NCBI GenBank assembly: GCA_013239625.1
Contig: MU053472.1
Span: 558,001 to 622,000, forward strand
Length of the DNA: 64,000 nucleotides
From: Lama guanicoe
Lineage: Eukaryota
Reading direction: 5' to 3'
Positions 39,688 to 52,569 of this stretch are shown here, piece after piece. Each line of letters starts with the position of its first letter. Within the stretch, counting starts at the first letter, position 1. The notes under the pieces are model-generated. The model worked only from the letters and a program-made list of their open reading frames with translations. It searched no databases and was not told the DNA's origin. The translations under genes and the position numbers were made by a program.

Positions 39688-39800
39688 CTCTGAGCTTTAG
39701 TTTCCTCATCTGTATGATGAAGATCAAGTGAAATAATATATGTAAAGCCCCTAGCACAGCGCTAAGCACATAGTGAGCAATCAGAAATCCTGGCTATTAT
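39688..39800 (+). mobile_element. MIR fragment
   Basis: ctctgagctttagtttcctcatctgta...tgtaaagcccctagcacagc. Confidence 0.75.
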
Positions 39801-41110
39801 TGGTACTATCTGTGATAATGGAGGTGCTATTCCCTGTTACACTGGATTGTTGTTGAGGATCAGAAATGATATGCGTGGATGTGTTTTTGTTAATTGCACT
39901 ACACTACACAAAGGTTTTTTGTTATAAGTAACATTAAAATTTGATACTACTTGAAAGAATGATCATCTCAATGGTAGAAGACTCAGATCATAGAGCAGAA
40001 AATGGGAAATTTTTATTCTTTTTCATATAATACAATGGGAGAGGATGCCACTTAGCAGATCAGGAATACCTGAGAAGCAGTATGCACTCCTTGGGAGGGA
40101 GAAGATCTGCTTTGCAAGGAAGGCTGACTGGGCCCATGAGTATTTGTGTATATATGGCATGTAGACTTTATTTAAAAAAAACAAAACAAAACACTCCCCT
40201 TCCCCATCTCCAACAATTTACTGTGTCTCATTAATCCCTGAAGGGAGATTAGCTTTACCTGGAACATAACTCTAGAATCCAGAATCTAGATACAGAACGA
40301 AAGGAAGAACTGAGGAATTATTGGGAGAAGGAATCATTGGGAAGCAGAGGTGCAAAGCCACAGACCAACAGCAAGAGCAAAGAAGAGGGACTGATGGAAG
40401 GCTGGAAGTAAGGGAGCAGAAAAATATGGGGGCAAAAAAAAAAAAGTTTAGAAGCCACAATGGGATATTTATTTATTATTTCAATTTATAAAACTGAGCC
40501 CAGTGCCAAGCCTTTTGGGTACACATGGAACAATAAATAATATATGCCCATCTCTACTTCCAACTTTGTATTTTTCCTTTGTTTTATTAGTTGCATTCCC
40601 CATCTCCCATTTCCCATTATCAGCTATCACTCCTCATCCTGTGCCAGGAAGACAGATGAGTGGCTCCCACTGGATCCACAGGATGTTTTCTGGACAACTT
40701 GGCCAGCATTTTATTCCTACATACATCCCCCCTGCCCCTCAGAGGACTCTAGCCAGGAACCCTCATGTATACATTTGGTACTTAAAAAGGAGCAGGGATA
40801 GACTGCACTGTTTTGACCTTCCCCTTCATCCTTGTCTTGGAAAGAGAGAGGATTTTTGACTTGAGAAACTGGGCTGAGCGCTCTCACTATGCCTCTAGAT
40901 TTTTTTTTCAATTCCTATATAACATATATCTGAAACTGTCAATTTAATGGCTGTTGCTTATTGTAGAGAGATATACATGGACCCTGCTTTTGAGAAACTT
41001 GTCCTAGAAATTAAGCGAGAGGATCTAATATCTGAACGCCATCTATGTGTCAGACCCTCTCCTTGTTGCTTCAGTTTAACTCATGTCAGCCCTCAGAAGT
41101 AGATACTGTT

Positions 41111-41282
41111 CCGGGGGAGGGTATAGCTCAAGTGGTAGAGCGTGTGCTCAGCATGCGCTAGGTCCTGGGTTCAATCCCTAGTACCTCCTCTGAAAATAAA
41201 CAGACCTAGTTACATCCCCCTCCCAAAGTTTTTTAAAAAATCAAATAATACAATAATAAATAAATAAAATATATATTTTTTA
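41111..41282 (+). mobile_element. tRNA-Ala(AGC)-derived SINE, camelid vic-1-like, with TSD
   Basis: A box TAGCTCAAGTGG 41124-41135, B box GGTTCAATCCC 41168-41178, A-rich tail, 16-nt TSD with one mismatch (41095-41110 and 41283-41298). Confidence 0.9.
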
Positions 41283-41612
41283 AGAAGTAGATACTATTAA
41301 TCCCATTTTACAGAAGTTACTGTTATCCCTGGAGTCACACTGTTGTATGTGTCAGAGCAGGGATTTAAACCTGTCTACTTAATTCCAAATTTTGCTCTTT
41401 CTGCTATACCATATTGCTTCCAGACAAAATAGGCACCAAGGTAAGAAGGAAAGATATTTTATGAATGAAGAGTGTAAGAAAAAGTACAGAGCCCTGGTGT
41501 TAAATGTAAGATTTCAGTATGCTTTTAGCAGCCTTTTATTGGTGATTATTCTTTTAATGGATTGCTGTTACTGTGTTAAGCCTTTGTAATTTGGCCTGGC
41601 TGTATCCAACAG

Positions 41613-41733
41613 GTACAAGATAACTGATATTATTGGGAAGGAAGAGGGACTTGGAGCCGAGAACCTTCGAGGTTCTGGAATGATTGCTGGAGAATCTTCG
41701 CTGGCTTACGACGAGATCATCACCATTAGCCTG
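41613..41733 (+). CDS. ACACA: ACACA exon K, 121 nt, (R)[22 protein letters not shown]...EIITISL
   Basis: aacag| acceptor, |gtaaat donor, phase 2/0. Confidence 0.97.
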
Positions 41734-42302
41734 GTAAATCTTGCCCGAGTGTGGGACTTTTGAGGAGCTGACCGTGCGGCTAGGATTTGTTTTTGCCCCC
41801 CATCACTGCTATTTCAGTCTCAAATGAGAGCATTTCTTAAAAACTGTATATCTACAACTTGACTCCAGTTGTGCACAATAGTAGGAAGTTAGGATAATGT
41901 AAATAATTGAACTTCCCGGATAAACCTAGCACCTCCTGTTAGCCTGCATTTTAACTTGTTGTTTCCCTAAATATTCTACCAGGGTATTAGTAGTTTAAAT
42001 TCCTTCTCTTAACATTTTCCTTGTTTACACCCCTAGTGTAGATGTCAAACGTCTGTGAAATAGGCAAAAGCGTAAGAAAAGGAAAGGGCTTATGATGCTT
42101 TAACTGTCTGTTCTTTGAATCATTGAGTGAGTTCTGTACCTTCTTTTCTTTTCACCAGGACATCGGTTTTAATCAAACAGATTTCCTAGAAATCAGTTTT
42201 TTTTTTCTTCTGTTGATGTAGATTTTACATACCTGTGCCTCAGTTCTTACAGCTTGGGAGGGAACATAAATTTGTAACGTGGAAAATTTATTCTTTTTTA
42301 AG

Positions 42303-42413
42303 GTTACTTGCCGGGCCATTGGGATTGGGGCTTACCTCGTCCGGCTGGGACAGAGAACCATCCAGGTTGAAAATTCTCACTTAATTCTGACAGGAGCTGG
42401 GGCCCTCAACAAA
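42303..42413 (+). CDS. ACACA: ACACA exon L, 111 nt, [18 protein letters not shown]...TGAGALNK
   Basis: tttaag| acceptor, |gtaagt donor; GIGAYL motif. Confidence 0.98.
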
Positions 42414-42554
42414 GTAAGTTTCTGGGGTGTGGGGAGAAGTATAAGAAGCCTTTTGAAGATTGTCGTGAATGCTTAATTCTAGATCCAGACTGGGGAGAGG
42501 CCATTCTATCCATGTCTTGCCTCTTTCTCTTCTCTCCCTCCCTCTTCCCTGCCT

Positions 42555-42700
42555 TTTCATTCATTCACTTCATTCAACAAAATGAGTATTTAAGTACCTA
42601 CTGTGTGCCAGTCACCTTTCCAAGCCCTGTGGGTATGTTAATAAACAAACCAGATAAAACTGCTGCTGCAAAGAGCTTACATCTAATGTCTTTCTAGGAA
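42555..42700 (-). mobile_element. L2 3' end fragment
   Basis: ttcattcattcacttcattcaacaaaatgagtatttaagtacctactgtgtgccag. Confidence 0.8.
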
Positions 42701-43149
42701 GACAGAGAATTAATCGAATGCTTCTGTTCCGCCCTCCTTCCCTTCTTCTCATCTGTGAGCATAGGATGTGAGATCTACTCCCAGACACAGAGCTACCTCT
42801 GAAACATCCCCTGAATGCGTCGAGGATATCAAGTTCTAATATTCTGGGAAATTTGCAAAAGCAACTCTAAAAAAAAGGCACTTATGTTGGTCCCCTGTCC
42901 ATAAGGAAGTACTTGGCAAATATTGAATGGGAAGGTGGGTGGATGGAGGCATGGGTGGACTGATGAGAAAGAATATGACATAGAGATTTATCTTCCCTTC
43001 AAAAGAAATTGTGCCTTTTCAATACAAGCTCATAGTGGCTTTTCCTAAGAGTGGGGAAATGGATGGTGAGTTCACTGCTTCTGAGAGTGAAACCTGTCAA
43101 AGAATACCTGACATACAAAGGACAGTGTAGTTCTGACTTCTCTGCAGAC

Positions 43150-43340
43150 ATAGGAACATTATTTTCTCTCCAGAGCCAGGAGTATATAATCCTCTGAGAC
43201 TGGCCGACTGACCGTGTGCAACTCATATAACCTCTCAGGTCCATGGCTTTCTTTATCTGTCAAAGGGGGATAATATTGCCACCTTTAAACGATGCTGTGG
43301 AGATCAAATGAGAAAACATAGGTAGGAGTGCCTGGTACCC
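43150..43340 (+). mobile_element. MIR fragment
   Basis: aacctctcaggtccatggctttctttatctgtcaaagggggataatattgcc...gatcaaatgaga. Confidence 0.7.
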
Positions 43341-45266
43341 GGCTCCAAAGCACTGGCCCTCATTACAGTTTCAGTTCCCTTCTCCTCTCCTCTCTCGCAC
43401 GTGGTTTGGCCCTTGCGCTTGTGGAGTTACACTCACGCTAAATTGTTCACTAGACTTGGACAAACTTTTTATCAAGCCTTGACTTCAAGTGGAAGTTTAG
43501 GAATTAAGTGTCCTATCCTATCATTCCCATTTGGAAAAAGTTGACTCCCATCAGTCCAGTTAGCTTTTGGGGTCGCCTGAAGTGACAGGCGTGTGGCGCA
43601 GTGAGCTTGCTCTCTGCGTCCATATGAACTCCCTGCCCTTCTCTGGGCCGACCTTTCTCTCCAAGGACAGACAAAAAAGTGCTAGCAAATGACAAGCTTG
43701 GATGTCATGCTCCCTTTTTGGAGAGTAGTCTGGGAGTAGAGACTGTGAACTGCCACTACCGAGGGAAATTATTGCAGCGGGAGAAACTGTCTACATTTCT
43801 TTTTTTTTTAAGTTGCTCTTTCAGATACATTCTTAGGATGAGATATTGATGAACATTGAAGAGACCAGTGGGTACCATTATCTGTGGGGGGTAGAATTTA
43901 AAGACGTCTATATTTCTGTAATGTTCCCAGACCTGAACAAAGAGCCTAATTTCTGAAAAGTATCTTGTTACATTGAGTCTTATTTTTTCCCCGATGCTGT
44001 GTTGCACCCAAAGAACATTACAAAAAGCAAAGGTGATGACGTTGTTGCTGCTGGGGTTTTTCTTTGTTTGTCCCTAAAAACTTGCTAGTTGAATTTCATT
44101 CGTGCCACAAGGAAGGCATTAGGGATGTTTTTTCTTAATACCTGGTTGAACTGTTCTGATCAAATTCATTATAGTCACTTTCCTCCTAGTCTGAAGGGTT
44201 GCTTGTTAAAGGACAAGTCTAGTTGCAAGGAAAAGACAGTACAGCCCCAGCTGTAACTTACCCCACAATGCTCATTTCCAGAAGGACATGATCATTTGTA
44301 GCTGAAGGGAGTGATCACTTAAAGAGGTTACCTAATCCTGCTCTGCCTGCCCCGCTGTCTTCATGTCCCTGGCTCTTCCGTATAGAGCCATGGAGCTGGA
44401 AGACCCTGATTTCATGCAAATTCATTAAGAATGTCCCCTCTGCCCCTTTGCCTCTCAGGTAGGAGAAAGGACACTAGACGGGAGTCACACACTCAGACTG
44501 CCTCCTCCAGCTCACTCCCTGTGCACGTCCTGTCTTTGTGTGCACCAGTGTCTCTCTGCATGTCTGCCTTTTTTCCTGTAGGACTCTCTGTGCCTCGCAT
44601 CCTCTGGGCGTGTGTACAGGTCACGGTGAGTGCGTGTCTCTTCCTGTGTGTGTGCTGGTCCCTGTCTCTTTGTGTCTAGCTCTCTCTCTCTCTCTCTCTG
44701 TGTGTGCCTCCCTGATTCTCCACGTGTGAGAAAGTCTTTGTGTGTGTCTGGAGCCCTGTAGAGCGTCCTCGAGCCTCGACCATCCAGCCTGTCGTCTGCA
44801 TGTATCTGTGTAAAGTGGGGACTTGGGCGGTGTATGCGAGCTTTCAGACTGTAAACATTTGACCCCTGCCTTTTTGAGTCTTCATCCTTTATGTTAAACA
44901 TTGGGGTGAAGAATCAGAGGGGAGGGGGAGTGCAGAGGTTGTAGGGAAAAAAAAAATCTGTGTGCAAGTGCCGATCCCGTTGACCCCTTTGAAAATTGAA
45001 ATAATGATAATGCGCGTCTCCTGACTGCATCAAAGTATCAGCACATCAAAAGCCAGGAGGCATGAAATGCAAATGATAAAGTGAAAGCAGATGGATTGTG
45101 CATGATCGCCTGATGCCCAATGAATTTTAAAAGATGCCTGTTTGCAAGGGGGGGTGGGGAGTGGGGTGGGGGGACTGAAATAAACACGTTATCCTAGCAA
45201 TTTTTTTTTGTTCTTGACGCTCACTCCTGACAATATTTTTTCACACTTGAGTGAACACCCACTCCA

Positions 45267-45284
45267 TCTCTCTCTCTTTCTCCC

Positions 45285-45315
<31 letters not shown>

Positions 45316-45322
45316 CTCTCTC
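45267..45322. repeat. Imperfect (CT)n tract; another (CT)n lies at about 44680-44699
   Basis: Read directly from the sequence. Confidence 0.9.
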
Positions 45323-47597
45323 TAACTCCACCCCCCTCCCCGGCCCCTACCCACCTCTTACACGTCTCAGGTCATGTCGCTGCAGCTCCGGTGGAAATAA
45401 TAAGATATAAACCACGAGGTTGTTATTTGCATAGAAATAGCATGGAGCCCCAGGCAGCAAGGGAGAAGGACACAGGGATCATTTGTCTAAAATTTTAATG
45501 AAAACTTTTGCTGAGGCAGAGATTTTTTTCAAAACTTTCTTTCTCCCTGCTTTTCTCCTCCCCTCCCCAACCCACCCCCACACAGCCCCATCTCTGCTGT
45601 GACTGAACATGGTTCGACGTGAAGAGAAAGGGTTGACACTCCACATATCATGCTCCGATAATGCAGCAACATGTAAATTGTTTGTTCCTTTAATAGATAG
45701 GAAGCTGGAGAGACACACATTCCCAACTTAATACATTGCATGCCTGCGTCAAGCTTTTATGGCTACACTCTATCTCTGGGCACACGTGATGTTGCCCGTC
45801 GTTAGCCAACCTGCTTTTAATTAGTTTAGACCTTCCTACCTCTTGCTTCAAAAGACTCTTACTTTTTAAAGGATTTCTCTTTGTAGCCAACAGTAGTAAC
45901 CTGCATATAAAATACAAACCTTCCAACAGTTTCCTGGTTTTTTGTTTTTGTTTTTGTTTTTTTTACTTTCAGTGACTTTACTGTTCACTTATGCATCTTA
46001 TTCATGGGCCTCATCCTTTGCCATTCTGTCTTTTGCTCCATAACCAGAAAGTGCTTCCCACATTTCTATATCTACCCCTTTCCCTTGTTATCTCAGTATT
46101 TGTGTATTCTCTTTCCTTTTCTGTCTTGCTCTTTGTTGTCTGCAGTTCTCTGTAAAATATTCAGAGATACAGGATGCGGGATTTCTTAAGTGTTGCAGAA
46201 GCAGATTTGACATTTGAACTAAAGGCAATGGGCCGATGACTACAGGCAGCCTGGATGACTTTATTGGACACTTAAAATCAAGAACATCCATCTGGCCCAT
46301 TGCTACCTTCTGGGTGGGCTGATGGTGTCAGGGCCATTTTACAGATGGGAAGACGAAAACAGTAAGAGCTAAAGGAATTTAGGTCCATAGACAGAGAGTA
46401 GAACCAGCAGCAGAACATGAACTTCCACGTCCCCAGGTTTCATTTAAGATGTGCTCAGTCCCCTGTGATTAGTGCCCACAAGGCCTGAGAAGAGAAATTT
46501 AAGTCTGGTTGTTTTACTTCTTGTCCAAACATCATGAGAGTGGTGACACGAATAAAAGCAGCTTCTACAGGCCTGCTATTCCATGTCACTCAAGGTAGCG
46601 GAGCATAGGTTCCTAGCTCTGCAGACTGCTGGCTCTGGGTGGGCAGATCCCTCAGAACGTGTCACTGAGTGGTAAGAGCGAGCTTGACGGATGGCAGACT
46701 GCCCTGCTTGAAGGTGGTCATGCAGGCCCGGTACAGCCAGTAGCCTGTGTGCTTGGGGAAGTGGGAAGATAGACCTCTAAGGGTCTGAGGCAATTTGTGG
46801 AGTCATAAGCTCCTAAGTGAAGGTGCCCCTGGACATTTGCAGTGACTTTTGAATTCATGCCCCCCCCGCCCCAACTTCCCACTCCGTTTCTATGTAATAT
46901 GTTTAATGTATATGTCAAGTGGTAGAGCAGCTGGGAGCACCTAGTGTTGTAAGGGAACGTAGATACAGACTAGAGCCTGCTAATTCTCAGCCCACTGCCG
47001 CAGACTCGTGGAAGCTCTCTCTGTATACCAAGAAACTGGAATTGCAGTATATGACTGGTCCTCTGGACAGTAGCTGTCTATGGTGTGTGCCAATGGCTAT
47101 GATAGATGGATTATAGATTTATTCAAGAGCTGATATATGATTTTCTTATGATAAGCATTTTAAAGCTTCTGGCTTTAGGGGAAAAAAAATCCAATAATCT
47201 CATTCCTTTTAGTGAGACCAGGCCCCTATTTCCACCGACTCTGCCAGGAAAAAATAAATTATATGATGAGTGTGGCTAGGGCTGTATGTTAGGCCTGTAG
47301 GGGGCTAATTCTGCTAATCTTGCTTTTGAGACTCTGTATCCGTCCCTCTCAGAATCTCAGTTTCCAAATACATATCTTTATGTATCTGCACAATGTGGAA
47401 TGTGACATCATTGCTGACTGTTGGGTACAGTATCGGGGATTGCCCCCAAGAGCCTGTAGCACCAGGGGTCTGCAGTGCACATTCTACGTCCTCACCCCTG
47501 ACTTCGTGGCACACAACACGGAGGCTGGAGAAAGGAAGGTGAGGTAATTTAGCTCCGGCTGTGAGGCAGTACCGTCACTTACCCAGAAAGTAAAGAG

Positions 47598-47780
47598 GCA
47601 GAATAGTTAAGACTGCCAAGGCTTGACTCCAGGCTCTGCCACCTGTTAGCTGTGTGACCTTGGGCAATGTACTTAACCCTTCCAGGTTACAGTGGTACTA
47701 ACTGTAAAGCAGGAATCATCATAGTACCTACCTCCTAGGCTCTTGTGAGGATTAAATGAGTTACTACAGGTAAATCACTG
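47598..47780 (+). mobile_element. MIR SINE
   Basis: ggctctgccacctgttagctgtgtgaccttgggcaatgtacttaacc...gtgaggattaaatgag. Confidence 0.9.
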
Positions 47781-48898
47781 GCACTCGTGGTCTTCCCCAA
47801 GATGCATTTAGCGGTCCTTTCTCATTGCAACTCATTATCCAGGCCCTGGAAGGAAAATACAAACGCAACATTCTCTATACTTTCTGACCCTTTGAAGGCA
47901 AAAATTTCTTTAAGAAAGCATTAGGTGTCAGTCCTCACTGTGGCAGTGCATTCAGGTATTGACCTTCCCAAATGATGCTATCTAAAGACAGTCACACACT
48001 CCAGAAAGCCATTAATGTGAGAGGCACCGTGTTTGGTCCTGATAGGATAGTATATGTGTCAGTCATCTGTCTGTGAGAATCCCCCGGGACTTGTTGATAC
48101 AATAGCCCATAATTACTCTAAGGATTGGTCCAGCAATTTGCATTTTTAAAAGTCCCTAACTACCTATTTTCACAATAGACAGTCCCTGTACTCCCGAAGC
48201 TCCAGATGGGATCACTCTCCTTTCTAAGGAGGGCATTTGAGCTTCCTTTCTGAGTAAGCCTGGCTGCAGCTCCATGAATGAGTTCTCAGAAAGGATTCCA
48301 GCCGGCACATCTCCTTAGTTTTCAAGCCCTTCCCCCCTGCACACATACAAAATATGGGCAAATCCCTGGCCCCTTTTGGGAGGTTGTTTGGTTTGGTTTT
48401 CATTTGAGGTTCCTCAGGTTTGGTAGGAAGCTGTCCCGGGTATATTTGACTCCATTAGTGGGTCGTGGTAACCTGTCAGCTGTCCGACCCCCAGCTCTCT
48501 GGCAGGACTGGCATTCAGAACTCCATCACCTCTGACTCAGAGAGCCCGTGGTGGATGGCGGCTTAGTGACCCAGTACAGGAGAACCCGCGCAGGCATCAG
48601 TCTGGAGCTTCCAGATGAAGTCGGAGCTCTGAGGCTCTGCCTGGTCATTGTATATAGGCTTGGGAATCATCACGTTTGACAGCCTATTATAAACGTGCTC
48701 AAACTTTTTGAAGTTAACAAAACCTCTAGATTAAAAAAAAAAGCAAATAAAAAACTTTTGTTTATTCCTTTGCTTCCCATTTACTAGGTAAAGCAACTTC
48801 GGGCTCTAATCTCCCTGGGGCTCAGTTTCCCCTTCATAAAATACATTTCCCACCTTCAGGTGAAGACCAGAGGGTCCCTTAATCTTAAATTCTCTTTA

Positions 48899-49073
48899 TT
48901 TTTTTTATATATATAATATCTTTATTAAGGGCTGATCCCATTATGATCATGAAAATTCCCTCTTTTAACTCAATTAGCGTATCTTGCCTTAAAGTCTACT
49001 TTCTGTGACATTAATACAACTCCTGCAGTATTCTCACAGCTAGTGTTTACACAGTATATATGTTTTTCCATCT
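48899..49073 (-). mobile_element. TSD-flanked retroposed insert resembling internal old-L1 ORF2 sequence
   Basis: 14-nt direct repeat ttaaattctcttta at 48885-48898 and 49074-49087; minus-strand AATAAA and A8 tail. Confidence 0.65.
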
Positions 49074-49722
49074 TTAAATTCTCTTTAATTTCTAGTGTTC
49101 TGTTATGCTATGGAGATGTCTCTTGGTTTGCAGCCGGGGAACCATGTTCGGCTGGGGCAGGAAGAAGATAGATTGAGGGTGGGAGAAAATCTAAAACAGT
49201 GACGACACGTGAGAGAATTCTATGTCAATGAGATTACGTCCTAGTGACGTGTGAGATTACTGCATATTACTGAGATTAGGAGTGGGAGTTGTAAAGCAGA
49301 ACGATTTAAAATGTTTTTATCTTGTTTTTACCTGTATTACAGAAAAGTACATGCCACGTGGTGGTTGTGGTGGTGGTGTTCCTGATGACAGCAAGTGGCT
49401 GTAGAATTACAATTGTTGGCAGTGGGGGGATCCTCAAAGTCCAACCACCTAACCGTTGTTTGAATTTCCTCTGTGACTCTGCTGCCAAACAGTCATTCAG
49501 TTATGCTTGGAAACCTCACCTGAAGGGAAGCCCAGTATTTTTTAAGCCAATCCCTTTCATTGATGTAAAGTTCTTCCTTGTATTTGGCTGACATCTGTTT
49601 CTCTGTACAGACAGACTAATTCCTCTTAAAAAGTAGTGTTCAAACTTAGCAAAGCGATTCCCAGTTTGATAGTTTAGCCTGTGTAGAACTGAATGGAACT
49701 AAAATCTTTCCCATGTACTTTT

Positions 49723-49891
49723 CTTAAGTTTAATTCTTTTTTTTTTAATTGAAGTACAGTTGATTTACAAGTTGTGTTAGTTTCTGGTGTACAGATAGCG
49801 ATTCAGTTATACATATATATGCTTTTTCATTATAGGTTATTACAAGTTACTGGATATAGTTCCCTGTGCTGTACAGTAGGACCCTTTGTTG
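49723..49891 (-). mobile_element. 5'-truncated younger L1 3' end with perfect 15-nt TSD
   Basis: TSD ttcccatgtactttt at 49708-49722 and 49892-49906; T-run then aattgaagtacagttgatttacaa...tagttccctgtgctgtacagtagg. Confidence 0.92.
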
Positions 49892-52569
49892 TTCCCATGT
49901 ACTTTTGCTTTCAGAGTCTGGTCTTGCCTCAGGAACAAATGTAGTGAAGATGAAAATGCTCTTCAAAGATAGAAAAGAAATTGGATTCATAAATAACAAT
50001 CTTGCCAGCTAAAATAAGAAATAACAGTAATTACTAGAGACACAGCCAGAGCTCACCACTTTGGAGTGGTACCCTGTGGAACCTCAGGGGCCTGCTGCAC
50101 GGTGTCATTCAAGGCTTTGAGACCTTCCCATCACCCACCTTGCTGAAAGTCAGCATCTGATGCGTGGCTGGGAGATAGGTCTTTTTGAGTGCTGTGTCTT
50201 TAGGTACTAGTTAAAACTCTTGTTTGGCGGTCCTTATTTCTAGATCCCATAAAGGTGACTCTAAAGCTCTAAGGGCACACAAAGCAAGTGTAAAATGCTA
50301 GAATTTATCACCCTCACAGCTCACTCCATACGTGTGGACCTTCGTTATATCTCTACCCTCTCTCCAGGGTGCCCATTTCAGCTTCCCGAGTACTGGAATC
50401 AAGAGAGGCCTCTCCTTCACGGGTTCCGTGGCAGGTGGGGTCTCGCACGTTCTCCTTCTAATAAAACATCCTCCCCAGACTCAAGCTGAGTGCCCTCTTA
50501 GGACGGTGAGCACAGTCCTGTAGGCAGAGCAATTCAGTGTCTTCATTTTCCACTCAGTCATACATTACACCTTCTTGCGCTGGATTTCCTTCACCTTTCT
50601 TTCTACACACGTTCATAGCTCTGTCTTTGCAAATTAGTGTTCACTTGATGCTTTTCTGTTCCATCTGTCCTTCCCCTTCTCCCCTGAACCTTTCTTCTCC
50701 CCCAACCCCAGCCTGAAACCCAAGTAAATTAGCTTCTCACCCCTGCCCCCCGGTTGAAAAAAAAATCCCATACTCCTCCAGCAGTGTCTGTTCTTGGATT
50801 TGCAGTCAGCAGCCATCTCCAATAACCATCTGGCTGTCAGCTTCACAGCTCCCCACTACCTCCCACCTCCCCCATCACTCACCAGAGGAAAAAGAGAGCC
50901 AGAGCAAGGGCTTGAAATATATCATGCAATAGTGTATCATGAATTTGTTGTGAATCACAGCGGTGAAGCAGGTTTATTTATTTCTGAGACCTTAAATCAA
51001 TACAAAGTAGGTCTCTTAGTTCTGAAGCCGGGATGGAGTGTGAAAAAATGAGCCCATTGTACTCTTAAAACTTTGGGGAAAGGAGATGACAGCTATATAA
51101 TTCCATTTACCAGGCACTAGGGGCTTTAATGTGAAGGTGACAGGGAGCTCTTTGTGCATTTAGAGCACCATATCTTCTAAATAAAAGATCTGTAGACTTG
51201 ATAGTGGAGCATAGCTCCGAGTTTAATAATCTCCAAGCATTAGACCGAGCCAATATGTTCCCAAGTCAGAGAGGTCCCCCCCTAAACACTCATAAATTAA
51301 AAGTGCAAGAACTGCACACGTTGGTAGATTAGAAATGCAAGGACTTCAGTCTTCTAGGGGGAAGACAGACCTGGTCCCTGGCTGTGCATAGACTGCTGTG
51401 TGAATATGATAAAGACACGGGAAATGAGACTGTTTAGAAACCTGACTCCAGGCTGTTCATCATTCTGGGGAATGTCCCCCGTGCACGGATCCAAATCTGG
51501 CTGTGTCCCCTCTCATTCAGAGTGGCCGTCCTCGCACAGCCTAATCAGCTAATGTACACAGCCGGGAGTGTTGAATTATGAAAGGAGAGGCTTGAAGAGC
51601 TGTTTAGATGGAACTATAGATTATCATGCCCAGGCTTCAAGTTTTTCTGGTTGATTCTTGACTGATTCCTAATTTTTTAAATGTTTCAGCGTCTGGAATT
51701 TAAACCCTTTAAAATAATATGCACATAAGAAAAATCAAGAAATCAGTATTCATTAAGGAATGGAACCTACCCAAATGTAACCAACAGCATAAGATGCAAT
51801 TATGAGAAGTCAAGACTACTGGAACACAATCAGGTTTTGGGTGTCTTCATTTTCTATCTAACCCATTGATAAAATATGTCTTTTCTCAACAGATAAAGCA
51901 GGTTTATGCAGCTCAGTAGAGCAACCCTAATATAATATGACTTTACAGTATATCGAGTTACTAGCTTAATTCTAGCCCAGGTAAAGGATTTTTGAAATCA
52001 AAACTCAGTGTCTCCACTGGGGAAAACTAAAAGGGGAGGAAAATTGAATCACTCATTTTGCTTAAGGAAGCCACTACGACATTATAACAATAATAGGAGA
52101 GATTTCTTTGGCTTATAGTAGTTCAGCTCACCGAAAATACAAATCAGAGCTGAGTTTTGCAGAGCACTAAGAATGGCGGCAGTTTACTTGCACTTACTGC
52201 ATTCCTCTTAGGTGTAAAGTTCTGTTCTTATGCTCTAGGTATAAAGATGATTCCTGCTTTCATGAAGCTTAAAATTTAGGCTAAAAGACAGTAACCAGAT
52301 TTTTGTATGTTCCAAGGGGGAAAATTAAATTGTTGCCCACCAGATGTAAATGAGAAAACACAAACAAAAAGGTTGCAGAGATGAACAGTCAGTGCTACTC
52401 CCTAAGAAGCCAGGTCCCAGCAGGCACCAAACTCTGTGCCTGGTGAGCACAGGCAGTCAGCCACACAGCCATGTGCCTTTCCGTAGGACCTCATGTCCTG
52501 TATCCTACTCAGAAAAACCACTAGGAGTGACTGAAAAACAGGGATTTAAAAAAAAAAAATTTATATATA

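Noticed and set aside
41113..41188. Possible tRNA-Ala gene
   Set aside because: Anticodon stem is mismatched, there is no adjacent T-run terminator, and a SINE tail and TSD are present.
44431..44901. Overlapping Cys/Val/Leu-rich and Arg/His/Thr-rich ORFs
   Set aside because: Translation of TG/CT low-complexity sequence.
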